Shown one piece after another: positions 17,639-26,451 of a stretch of 64,000 nt of DNA. The notes under the pieces are model-generated. The model had not been told where the DNA came from. It worked only from the letters and a program-made list of their open reading frames with translations, and searched no databases. Source of the DNA: Spirochaetales bacterium (GTDB lineage: Bacteria > Spirochaetota > Spirochaetia > SZUA-6 > RPPD01). A program made the position numbers and the translations under genes. Position 1 is the stretch's first letter; each line of letters opens with the position of its first letter. The stretch is from NCBI GenBank assembly GCA_016929065.1, contig JAFGJO010000009.1, positions 106,730 through 170,729 on the forward strand, read 5' to 3'.

Positions 17639-19726
17639 ATGGCAAAAAAAACAGATAATGATGACCTGGAATTTCTGGGAGAAACAGAAAATCTTGAAGA
17701 TGAAATTCTGAGTCCGGGGGAAAATACAGCCGGGGCCGGGGAGGACTCACTCGATAAATATGGTGTATGGGTTAAAGTGGAACCGGAAGATGTCGAGGGC
17801 GTGGAGCCGATGGAAGAAAAAGACATGGAGTTGGAAGATTTGTCATTTGAGGAAGAGCAGGCTGATACAGATGAAGATTCGCTTTCTTTAGACGGCGATT
17901 TTGACGATATAGACAATGAAAGTGAAGACCTTTCTTCCCTGAGTGATATGGAAGAGGAAACAGTTTCTCTTGATGATGGGGAAGCAGAAACAGAGTCATT
18001 AAATGGTCTGGATGATCTGGAAATATCCGAAGAGGAATCGTTGGAAAGTTTTTCACTGGATGAAGAGCCGCTTACGGAAACAGAAGCAGAATTTGAAGAT
18101 GTTGCTTCCGACGAGGCCGCAGAAGAAAGTTTTGAGGAAAGCAGTATGCCTGAATTTGAAGATGAAAACCTGGAAGAAATTGAACTTGATGAAGTTGAAG
18201 ATACTTCATTTGATAGCGGCGGTGAATCAATGGGTGAACCGACCGGTGATTTTGAGGAAATATCCCTGGATGATCTTGGCATTGAATTGAGTGAAGAAGA
18301 GCCGGTTGAATCGACCAAGCCAAAAAGAGAGATTTCTGCATCATCTGAAATAAAAACCGGGGAAGTTGCAATAGATGAACTGGATGATGATTTTCCCGCT
18401 CTGGAACTTGATCTGGATAATTCTCCGGGTGATGAAGAAGAGCTGGGTGATTTGACCTTTTCTGACAGTGAGGAAATGGAATTATTGGATATAGAAACTG
18501 AAGAAAGCGGATCAGTGGCAAGCGACCTTTCTTCTGAACCAGATGATTCAATGACCCTTTCTTCCGCAGATGAAGGACTTTCTGATTTTGAAGATTTGGA
18601 AGATACAGAAAGCCTGGACTCTTTCGAAGAGCTTCCTGAGCTTGAAAATGAAGCAGGGGAATCTGTTATACCGGATGAACTGTCTCTCGAAGAAGAAATG
18701 ATTTCTCTGGAAGATGAAGAAATAGAAGTGCCGTTGTCAGATGAAACAACAATTGTCGAGCTGGAAGACGATATGGATTCAATTGACGGGAAAATTCAGG
18801 ATATTTCCGGCGGGATGAGTATGGAATCGGAAGGTGCCCCGTCTTCATCAATACTTGAAAAAATAGAAAGTGAATTGCAGTCCATAAAAACCGAGCTGTC
18901 AGACTTGAAAAAAGAGCTTGGCACGCTTCGGTCAAAAACTTCCAAAACAGATTCATCAAAAAGCGACGATGATGACGCTGCAAGTTTTTTTGAAGAAGAA
19001 GAGGATGAAACAATTGCGTTAACCGGGGAGGAACTGGACAACATTCTCACGACAGCAGACATCAAGGAAGAAGAAAAAGACGAATCGGAGGAAGGCGTTC
19101 CCTCGCTTGATTCAGGATCAGATCTTGATCTTCAGGATGATATTATTTCCTATGAGGAAGACATGGATGAACCCATGGCACTTGATATGGACGATGAGTC
19201 CGCAGCTCCGGATATGCCGATTACTCTTGGGGATGATGAACTTTCACTTGATGGTGATATTTCTCCGGCGGGCAGCAGTTCTGATGACGATGAAATTGAA
19301 ATTGAAATCCCGGAATTTGATGATCAGAATACTGAAGCAGATGGAGGAGATATCTCGCTGGAACCCGATATCGCCGATTCAGAAGAATTGAGTATTGACA
19401 GCGGATTAGTGGACGGGCTTGAAGAACCGGAGGATGTCCTGGAAAGCTTTTCTGATGATGATATTGGATCACTTGATCTTGATGATTCTTCCGGTGTTGA
19501 ACCACTGGACCTTGGTACGACGGAACAGGCATCCGGGTACACTCCCGGCTCCCGTCGTGGAGAAAGCTCAATACCTTCGGGTCTGAAAGAAGAAATCAAA
19601 TCTGTGTTAAGTTATATGGATCAGCTTCTGGAAGCACTTCCGGAGGAAAAAATTGAAGAGTTTGCAAAATCAGAATATTTTTCGATTTATAAAAAACTAT
19701 TTGAAGAGCTAGGACTCGTATCGTAA
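17639..19726 (+). CDS. Hyper-acidic low-complexity protein with short coiled coil and conserved-looking C-terminal helical domain
   Basis: 695 aa. By hand count, 39 of the first 100 residues are D or E. Central LEKIESELQSIKTELSDLKKELGTLRSK. The last ~60 aa are non-acidic (KEEIKSVLSYMDQLLEALPEEKIEEFAKSEYFSIYKKLFEELGLVS). AGGAGA lies 5 nt upstream of the ATG. Confidence 0.8.
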   Translation: MAKKTDNDDLEFLGETENLEDEILSPGENTAGAGEDSLDKYGVWVKVEPEDVEGVEPMEEKDMELEDLSFEEEQADTDEDSLSLDGDFDDIDNESEDLSSLSDMEEETVSLDDGEAETESLNGLDDLEISEEESLESFSLDEEPLTETEAEFEDVASDEAAEESFEESSMPEFEDENLEEIELDEVEDTSFDSGGESMGEPTGDFEEISLDDLGIELSEEEPVESTKPKREISASSEIKTGEVAIDELDDDFPALELDLDNSPGDEEELGDLTFSDSEEMELLDIETEESGSVASDLSSEPDDSMTLSSADEGLSDFEDLEDTESLDSFEELPELENEAGESVIPDELSLEEEMISLEDEEIEVPLSDETTIVELEDDMDSIDGKIQDISGGMSMESEGAPSSSILEKIESELQSIKTELSDLKKELGTLRSKTSKTDSSKSDDDDAASFFEEEEDETIALTGEELDNILTTADIKEEEKDESEEGVPSLDSGSDLDLQDDIISYEEDMDEPMALDMDDESAAPDMPITLGDDELSLDGDISPAGSSSDDDEIEIEIPEFDDQNTEADGGDISLEPDIADSEELSIDSGLVDGLEEPEDVLESFSDDDIGSLDLDDSSGVEPLDLGTTEQASGYTPGSRRGESSIPSGLKEEIKSVLSYMDQLLEALPEEKIEEFAKSEYFSIYKKLFEELGLVS

Positions 19727-19746
19727 TACGTGAATGATGGGTACCC

Positions 19747-20880
19747 ATGGGGCTTTTAACAAAAGCAGGTTCAATACGAATTGTCTTCACTCCCGGAAAC
19801 GGTTTGCTGCAAAGAGTAATAACTTTATATCAAACCAGGGGAAATCATGATGACGTTTTTTCCGGGTATGAACCGGACAGCACCGGCCGCGGTCTCCTGC
19901 AAAAGTCACTCCTGATCTTCAAGTCGGGAGATTTTTCATCTATTGGACAAATCAGTCCCGGGAGGGGAATTGATTTTACAGACAAATCTGATATGCTTGC
20001 CCGTGCGGTGGCAGAATGCGCAAAAGATTTTTCATTCCCCTATGAATTATTTGTGTTATTGAAAAAAGAAATCAATATCAGGCAGGGCGTTTTATTTATT
20101 CACAGTCATATTGAAGATGTCTACCGTCCGTGGATCTATGAGGGTGTAAACAAAGCACTTGCCGAATCAATGCAGTTTACCCTTCAGGACCTGAACAAAA
20201 CATGGGATGGAGAGGCAGTCCCTTTTTTACTTTCATCAGGACACCGGTTTATCCGCACAGGATCCTCTTCGTATATTTTTTCCGGCTACCCGGTTTGTAT
20301 TCCCCTTTTGTCAGAAAATGGTTTTTCCGGGGCATTGGTTTTTTCATCACCGCAATGTAACAAAAATAATTTCCCGTCCTTCATACAGCTGTGCAATAAG
20401 GCAATGTGGGAGGTGGGCCACACCCTGTACCAGGTACGGGAGCTTCCGATACTGTCGCTCAGCCGGCCCGGTCATTCATATGACAGCGCCGAACAGGCGA
20501 TCGCACAGCTCCAGTCGGGAATCGGTGATGTCGGCGCCGAACTCAATTTTATCACGTTTTCCCTGAAGGAATATTTTAGTGCGGTAGGTCGAAAATACGG
20601 GACAATCAGTATTTCCCGGCTTCGTGAAGACATTCTGCTTTTCTGTAATTCACTTCTGTTGTTTAATGGCGTGGCGATTCCACTCAGGGAGCAGGAAATA
20701 CTGATTATTGTGAATACTTCGGGACTGTTTCGTCCTGAGTTGTTGCAGTTCCATTTGACACGGGCAATCAAAAATTATTTTCAGGGTCTCTTTGATTCAG
20801 TTGAAAATGGGCTGTTATTTACCGTGGCAGTATACCCGTCTGAAGAAAAATCATTGGAACAGATCCTTGCAGAATTGTAG
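19747..20880 (+). CDS. Hypothetical protein with C-terminal degenerate GGDEF-like fold (tentative)
   Basis: 377 aa. Three GLL[TQ][KR] motifs in the first 52 residues. The C-terminus ...ISRLREDILLFCNSLLLFNGVAIPLREQEILIIVN... aligns by eye to the GGDEF core, with REQEI replacing GGDEF. Confidence 0.7.
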   Translation: MGLLTKAGSIRIVFTPGNGLLQRVITLYQTRGNHDDVFSGYEPDSTGRGLLQKSLLIFKSGDFSSIGQISPGRGIDFTDKSDMLARAVAECAKDFSFPYELFVLLKKEINIRQGVLFIHSHIEDVYRPWIYEGVNKALAESMQFTLQDLNKTWDGEAVPFLLSSGHRFIRTGSSSYIFSGYPVCIPLLSENGFSGALVFSSPQCNKNNFPSFIQLCNKAMWEVGHTLYQVRELPILSLSRPGHSYDSAEQAIAQLQSGIGDVGAELNFITFSLKEYFSAVGRKYGTISISRLREDILLFCNSLLLFNGVAIPLREQEILIIVNTSGLFRPELLQFHLTRAIKNYFQGLFDSVENGLLFTVAVYPSEEKSLEQILAEL

Positions 20881-20883
20881 AGT

Positions 20884-22512
20884 ATGGCTCAGGTAATCAG
20901 TTTTTTTACTGCTGTTTCCGGCAAAAAAAGTGCCCGGATTTTTAATACAGGCCTTTTTTCAGGTTACGATCCCCAAAAAGAAGCAGTCCGGTTTGTTGCA
21001 CAATCAATGGAAAATAAAAATCCGCATATTGTCGTGCTTCTTGGAGCCGGTCTTGGTTATACTGTTGAAGCGCTTCGGGCTCAATTTCCTGCCGTAAAAA
21101 TTATCTGTGTATTTTATCATTCTGATCTGTATGAGCAGAGCGAAAACCGGGGCGAGGAGAGCTGGGCACCGCATTGCAGCGAACCTCTGGCTGCGTTTTT
21201 AAACCGGACTGTTTCAGAGGATGATCTGGAAGGACTTGAGTACCTTGAATGGCCTGCATGTGCGCAGGCATTCAGTGAAATCTCGAAACATGCGAATGAA
21301 GTACTTGTTCAGGTTGTTCGGGAAAATGCAGGAAATTTAATCACGACGGTAAAAAGCGGTCCGCGGTGGATACGCAATACGATTTATAATTTTATCAAAC
21401 TTGATAATCCGTATGTTGCAGTGAATACCGGGAAAAAAAATACTGTTGTTATCGCAGCTTCGGGACCGTCTCTTGAGGCTTCCCTGCCGATGATTTCTTC
21501 ATTCCGGAATCAAATTCACCTGTGGGCGCTGCCGTCATCACTGGCATTTTTTCGTTCGAACGGAATCACCCCCGACTGCGTGATTTGTACAGACGGCAAT
21601 TACTGGGCACAAACACTTTTTTTCTTCGGGCATGAACCTGTTCCGGTAATTGCGATGCCCCTTTCAGCTTCAACGGGCATCGCCAGAAATGCAACGAACA
21701 CAGTAATTTTTACCCAGGAAACTTTTTTTGAAAAAGCCCTTTTTTCGCTGGCAAATGTCAATCCAGTCAGGATTCCCTCACATGGAACGGTTGCCGGCTC
21801 GGCATTGTTATTGGCATTGCACAGCGGTTTCCAGTCTATCGTGTTCACCGGGCTTGATTTTTGCTATAGCGGCATTAAAAGTCATGTTCTTCCACATCCA
21901 TTTTATTCAATGATTTTTCACGCATCGAAACGAACAGCTCCCTTTTTGCACCAAAGCTATGACCGTGCCCTGCTTCATGCCCCCGAGGTCCGGGGAGGAA
22001 AAGAAACAATCAGGACATCAGCCCCTCTGCGCGCATATGCGGGATCTTTTGCCCATCTGCCGATTCAGGCTGATACTGCAGTTTTCCGCTTGAATCCTTC
22101 ATTAATTAATACACCCGGATTACCAGAAATATCCAGGGATGAGTTTGCCGGATTGATCAGAAAAGGAAACAGCAAGCCGGCCGGGCCTGATTTTTTTTGT
22201 TCCTCAAAATATCCTGAAGAATCAGAGAGATTGCGTGTTGTGAATCGGTTGATGGAAGGTTGGAAAAAAATACTTGAAGCGGGGAAAAAACAGCTTCATG
22301 ATACCAATTCTGTTTCATGGATAAGGGAATCGGGGCAACTATCTGAGCTACTTACTTATCTGGCAGGCCAAAAATATCTTGAGGCGAAAAAAAAGGAGCG
22401 ACAGGGGGATAATAGGCAATCTATTGAAAATGCCGGAGACAGTATGGATATTGCAGCAAATTTCGTTCATAGTATACACATGAAGACAGGAGAAAAAAAA
22501 CAGGATGCCTGA
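20884..22512 (+). CDS. Motility-associated factor (Maf) family glycosyltransferase (DUF115/MAF_flag10)
   Basis: 542 aa. Central VVIAASGPSLE ... PDCVICTDGNYW ... HGTVAGSALLLALHSGFQSIVFTGLDF pattern typical of Maf/DUF115 proteins. Begins 3 nt after the upstream stop. Confidence 0.75.
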   Translation: MAQVISFFTAVSGKKSARIFNTGLFSGYDPQKEAVRFVAQSMENKNPHIVVLLGAGLGYTVEALRAQFPAVKIICVFYHSDLYEQSENRGEESWAPHCSEPLAAFLNRTVSEDDLEGLEYLEWPACAQAFSEISKHANEVLVQVVRENAGNLITTVKSGPRWIRNTIYNFIKLDNPYVAVNTGKKNTVVIAASGPSLEASLPMISSFRNQIHLWALPSSLAFFRSNGITPDCVICTDGNYWAQTLFFFGHEPVPVIAMPLSASTGIARNATNTVIFTQETFFEKALFSLANVNPVRIPSHGTVAGSALLLALHSGFQSIVFTGLDFCYSGIKSHVLPHPFYSMIFHASKRTAPFLHQSYDRALLHAPEVRGGKETIRTSAPLRAYAGSFAHLPIQADTAVFRLNPSLINTPGLPEISRDEFAGLIRKGNSKPAGPDFFCSSKYPEESERLRVVNRLMEGWKKILEAGKKQLHDTNSVSWIRESGQLSELLTYLAGQKYLEAKKKERQGDNRQSIENAGDSMDIAANFVHSIHMKTGEKKQDA

Positions 22513-24184
22513 AAATACAGTATACAGGCGAAATCTGCTTGCTCTTGCATTGCATAACAGTGTTTTGGCCCAGAAACTTTCGCAGGAGAGTTTTGACGAC
22601 GAAACAAACTCATCTATCCGGTTTATTCAGGCCAAAACCGGGCATACTGTTCCCGTTATTGAAAAAAACGGAACCACACTGCCGCTGCATTCCACATTTA
22701 ATCCGGAGCGGGAGGGGGAAAGAATCGGCGAGTTATATCTCGCTTCCGGATTTCTCGTCTTCTTCGGACTTGGCGCAGGGTATCATATCCAGCCCTTTTT
22801 GTCTTCGGATAAAGTAAATGTCATTGTCATTATAGAACGCTCTTTAAAGTTGTTTTCGAAGTTATTGGAACATATTGACCTTTGCCATATTTTTAATGAT
22901 CACCGGGTCAAGGTTCTTGTTGATGCTACCATTCCAGAGCTCCGTGATTTTTTTCTGGCACATTACCTGCCGGGATTATTCGGTGATCTTGCAACAATTC
23001 CGTTGCTTCCAAGGCTGACAGGTGAAAAGGAATATTTTAAAGAGGTGGCAGTGTGTGTTGAGCAGACAATTAACACCATCGCCGATGATTACACGGTTCA
23101 GGTCAAGTTTGGAAAACAGTGGTTCAGGAATACGCTTCATAATCTGTTTACTGCAGAACATACAACGTTCACCCTTGCCCCACAGAAAAAAATAATCATT
23201 ACAGGGGCAGGGCCATCGCTTGAATCTTCCATTAATAAAATAAAAATGCAGAAGAAGGGGCGGTTTCTGATTGCGACTGATACCTCCCTGCCTGTTTTAC
23301 TCGATCATGATATTGTTCCCGATTGTGTTATCTCAATTGATTGCCAGCAGATCAGTTATCACCATTTTATCGGCGGATTTCCGCCGGACATTCCTCTTGT
23401 TCTGGATTTGGCCTCGCCTCCGATTCTGTCCCAGTTGTCAAACAGGGTCGTGTTTTTTTCCAGCGGTCATCCGTTTGCTCAATATATCAGTGCACACTGG
23501 CGAAGTTTTCCCGGAATAGACACAACGGGGGGAAATGTCAGCCATGCAGCTGTTTCACTCGCCGAACGGCTTGGCGCCCGGGAAATTATTCTGTACGGAC
23601 TGGATTTTTCCTATCCGGCCGGGAAAACATATTCCCGCGGGAGTTATCTGTACAAATATTTTTATGGCCTGCAGTATAGATTTGATACGGTTGAGTCATT
23701 ATTCGCCGCGTTTATATTCAAAAACAAGGGTCTCCTGACTGAAAAAATCGGAAGTATTTTACGGTACGTCCCCCGGCCATTGCTCACCTACAAGGAACGG
23801 CTGGAATCCGTGTTACACAGCAAAAATATCTCTGTTGTTCATGAACGGGTGGATGGGCTGCCATTGGCAGTGCAAACCGATTTTTCAGCGGAAAAACAGG
23901 ACCGGAATATCAATATACTGTTCACTGCAGGGCCGGCAGAGTGCAGTGTGAAAGAATTTCTCCTGGAATATCGAAATGAAATCAGCAATCTCCCGGAGCC
24001 AAAAAATCCGGTGATCAATTATCTTTACGGCCTGTCCAGGGCTGAGCGGGATATCTGGATGACGCAATTCCCTGCTGTTGCTGCACTCCGTGATTATACA
24101 AAGGGGGCAGAACAGGACGGGGCCATGCTCCTGAAGAAAGTAAAAAAATGGACAACTGCAATTATTGATGCGGTAATTACCTGA
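22505..24184 (+). CDS. Motility-associated factor (Maf) family glycosyltransferase (DUF115/MAF_flag10), paralog
   Basis: 559 aa. IIITGAGPSLE ... ATDTSLPVLLDHDIVPDCVISIDCQ ... GGNVSHAAVSLAERLGAREIILYGLDFSY. 8-nt overlap with the upstream maf paralog. Confidence 0.75.
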   Translation: MPENTVYRRNLLALALHNSVLAQKLSQESFDDETNSSIRFIQAKTGHTVPVIEKNGTTLPLHSTFNPEREGERIGELYLASGFLVFFGLGAGYHIQPFLSSDKVNVIVIIERSLKLFSKLLEHIDLCHIFNDHRVKVLVDATIPELRDFFLAHYLPGLFGDLATIPLLPRLTGEKEYFKEVAVCVEQTINTIADDYTVQVKFGKQWFRNTLHNLFTAEHTTFTLAPQKKIIITGAGPSLESSINKIKMQKKGRFLIATDTSLPVLLDHDIVPDCVISIDCQQISYHHFIGGFPPDIPLVLDLASPPILSQLSNRVVFFSSGHPFAQYISAHWRSFPGIDTTGGNVSHAAVSLAERLGAREIILYGLDFSYPAGKTYSRGSYLYKYFYGLQYRFDTVESLFAAFIFKNKGLLTEKIGSILRYVPRPLLTYKERLESVLHSKNISVVHERVDGLPLAVQTDFSAEKQDRNINILFTAGPAECSVKEFLLEYRNEISNLPEPKNPVINYLYGLSRAERDIWMTQFPAVAALRDYTKGAEQDGAMLLKKVKKWTTAIIDAVIT

Positions 24185-24202
24185 AAAAGGAAATTCGACC
24201 GG

Positions 24203-25045
24203 CTACGGGGATTGTACTGGGTACATGATTCCGGCATACCCGACAAAAGAATCACCGGACGGGTATACATCATGGCTGGTATAATACGAAAGAAGCACTC
24301 CTTTTTCAGCACCGGCTGCCTTTGCATAAGAAGCCGCCGCTGCAGCACCCCCTGCAGAACAGGCCGAGGAATCTTCATTTGCTGCGTCGATGATATCCAT
24401 ACCCTCCATGCTGAGCATGGCAGCGATGATTTTTTTATCATTTTTTGTCTTTACCCATTGGAGGGGATCAGGCCTGCTTTCCGGAGGAGCGAATCCATAG
24501 TTGCTGCCATAGTGCGTCAGATCGGTTGATCCGAACACGGCTGTTTTTTTTCTGAATTTGGCTGCCGCGGCAAATAATGCTTTCCCCAGCAGAATGGCTT
24601 CCCTGGAAGGACTGGCGCGCAGCCAGATGATGGATGTTTCGGGAAAACAGTATTTAACCATAGGGAGCTGGATTTCAACGGTATTGTCCGCATAATGGTC
24701 TGGTTTGAGTTCGATTTCTGATTCAAGACAAGAGAGCATCTCCCGGTCCAAAAGGAGCGGCCCCAGCGGCGTTTCAAATTCATCCTCAAAGGCGGCAAGG
24801 ATTCCCTGTCCGGGTGCCATATGACCGCCAATGATGACGCATGTGTCTATATCTTCCGGACAGGAAAGAAACACCTGGAGTGCGGCTTTTCCGGAAAATA
24901 CCCAGCCTGCATGCGGGACAACACCACCGACTGCTGACTGCTTCGACAGGGGCAGATCTGCTCTTATTTTTTCGATATTTTGTATAGTGGATTTTTTGTC
25001 TGCCGGATACCAGCCGGCAGGAAGTACCCGTTGCCGTTTTTGCAT
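24203..25045 (-). CDS. Memo-like protein (AmmeMemoRadiSam system protein B family)
   Basis: PAGWYP near the N-terminus, VVPHAGWVFSG and GSTDLTHYG motifs. The ATG at 25045 (MQKRQRVLPAGWYP) is preferred; the ORF extension to 25141 is hydrophobic junk overlapping the divergent gene. Confidence 0.8.
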   Translation of the reverse strand: MQKRQRVLPAGWYPADKKSTIQNIEKIRADLPLSKQSAVGGVVPHAGWVFSGKAALQVFLSCPEDIDTCVIIGGHMAPGQGILAAFEDEFETPLGPLLLDREMLSCLESEIELKPDHYADNTVEIQLPMVKYCFPETSIIWLRASPSREAILLGKALFAAAAKFRKKTAVFGSTDLTHYGSNYGFAPPESRPDPLQWVKTKNDKKIIAAMLSMEGMDIIDAANEDSSACSAGGAAAAASYAKAAGAEKGVLLSYYTSHDVYPSGDSFVGYAGIMYPVQSP

Positions 25046-25116
25046 AACAATACAGCAGTATATCAAAAAAAATAAAAAATGTACATGAGAGCTTTTCAAA
25101 TAGAGAAAAAAGTGGC

Positions 25117-25122
25117 TATAAT
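25117..25122 (+). promoter_or_regulatory. Consensus -10 hexamer (TATAAT) 6 nt upstream of the 25129 start codon (possible leaderless transcript)
   Basis: TATAAT at 25117-25122, then ACGTGC, then ATG at 25129. No Shine-Dalgarno sequence. The -35 candidate TTTCAA at 17-nt spacing is weak (3/6). Confidence 0.3.
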
Positions 25123-25128
25123 ACGTGC

Positions 25129-26421
25129 ATGGAAAATACACGGAAGCATATCATCACCGGATATGTATTATTTAGTCTTTTTTTCCTTGCAGGGATATTC
25201 GGCTACGGATTATTCCGCATCAACTCGAATACCATCGAAAAAGCGCACGAGATAGAAAAAACAATGGAGCTTTTCAAGACGAACCTGGAAAAAGAATTCG
25301 GACTGTCCGGTGCGATTGATTCCCCTGCAGTCGACAAATTATTTTTGGAATATCTTGAAAAAAAAGATGCACATATATTGGTTCTGGTTGTTTATTCACA
25401 GGATTCCAAAAATGCCGCCATATTGAAGGCAAAAGGCAAGTCTGCCAGATATCTCGAAAATTCGCGGACAACTAATTGGGATGCAAAACCGGATTATGAT
25501 ACCCCATTCGGGACAAATGTCTTTGAGTTGAAGGCGAACCTTGGATATCAGACAAGAAATTTGCCGGTCCGTATAGGCGCGGTTTATGTCAATTTCAGCG
25601 TACAGAATCTCCATTCCCTGATGTGGGAAATATTTTATATCTTCCTTGGATATTTTGTCCTTACCTTCATCATGATTATTTTTTTGGGTCTTGTATTTCA
25701 AAATACAGAACCGGCAGTCATTCATGAACTGCCGTTACAAACAGAACAGGTACACAGCCCCTCTTTTGACCAGTTTCATGATTCATTTGAAGACGATTTT
25801 TCATTTCCCGATCTTGGGCCTCCGCCCAGGTTTGATGTCGAACCCGGGCTGTCAGGTTCACCGCTGCCCATTGAGCAGGAAATATTCAATGATGATTATA
25901 AAAACGATTTTACTCCAGTCGGCAGCTCCGAAACGCAGAAAACCAGCGATTCTCTGTATAACAAAAATACCGGCTTTGTGAAAGCGATGTTTTTCAGGGA
26001 GCGGCTCGGCGCAGAGCTGGAACGGGCAGCCTCATTTGACCAGGATCTCTCATTGGTTTTTATTTCCCTGAATCTTGGCCAGGTCCATGATGATCAATTG
26101 ATGGCATTATCCTCTGTGGTGCACAATTTTTTTACCTTTCATGATCTTTCATTTGAATATGGGAACAATATTATCGCCTGCATCGTTCCGGATGAAGATA
26201 TCGATCTGGCGACCAAAACATGCGGGGAATTCAAAAATGCAGGCAATACAAAGGGGTTTGCAACCTCAATCGGCATTGCATCAAGAAATGGGCGGATATT
26301 GAGCCCTGATAGCTTGATTGGTGAAGCAGAAGCTGCCTTGAAAAAGGCCATGAACGCCGGTGAGAATAAAATTGTCGCGTTCAGGATTGATCCTGAAAAA
26401 TACAGAAATGCCAACGGATAA
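25129..26421 (+). CDS. Membrane-anchored protein with C-terminal degenerate GGDEF-like domain
   Basis: Two TM segments flank a ~150-aa extracytoplasmic region. The C-terminus ...LSLVFISLNLGQVHDDQLMALSSVVHNFF...FEYGNNIIACIVPD...SIGIASR...AEAALKKAMNAGENKIVAF follows the GGDEF fold pattern, with GNNII replacing GGDEF. Confidence 0.75.
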   Translation: MENTRKHIITGYVLFSLFFLAGIFGYGLFRINSNTIEKAHEIEKTMELFKTNLEKEFGLSGAIDSPAVDKLFLEYLEKKDAHILVLVVYSQDSKNAAILKAKGKSARYLENSRTTNWDAKPDYDTPFGTNVFELKANLGYQTRNLPVRIGAVYVNFSVQNLHSLMWEIFYIFLGYFVLTFIMIIFLGLVFQNTEPAVIHELPLQTEQVHSPSFDQFHDSFEDDFSFPDLGPPPRFDVEPGLSGSPLPIEQEIFNDDYKNDFTPVGSSETQKTSDSLYNKNTGFVKAMFFRERLGAELERAASFDQDLSLVFISLNLGQVHDDQLMALSSVVHNFFTFHDLSFEYGNNIIACIVPDEDIDLATKTCGEFKNAGNTKGFATSIGIASRNGRILSPDSLIGEAEAALKKAMNAGENKIVAFRIDPEKYRNANG

Positions 26422-26451
26422 AAAAACCCCGCTTCCGCGGGGCTTGTTTTT
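26420..26451. terminator. Bidirectional intrinsic terminator
   Basis: AAAAAAA-CCCCGC-TTCC-GCGGGG-CTTGTTTTT. An all-GC 6-bp stem (26427-26432 / 26437-26442) with a tetraloop. There is a T-run on the plus strand and a perfect T7 run on the minus strand. It sits between convergent genes ending at 26421 and 26450. Confidence 0.8.

Noticed and set aside
17566-19599. Several long antisense or alternate-frame ORFs inside the acidic-protein gene, e.g. the Ser-rich 250-aa ORF at 17566-18318 (minus), 18072-18551 (minus), 18666-19013 (minus) and 19221-19571 (minus).
   Set aside because: They are the reverse-complement or shifted reading of GAA/GAT/GAG-rich codons (TTC/ATC/CTC give Ser/Ile/Leu/Phe-rich junk). 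They have no RBS and fully overlap a gene with a strong RBS and a structured C-terminus.
25046-25141. N-terminal 32-codon extension of the Memo-like ORF (MYFPCTYYSHFF…).
   Set aside because: The extension is hydrophobic and low-complexity, and overlaps the divergent gene start at 25129. The family-typical N-terminus begins at the internal ATG (25045).
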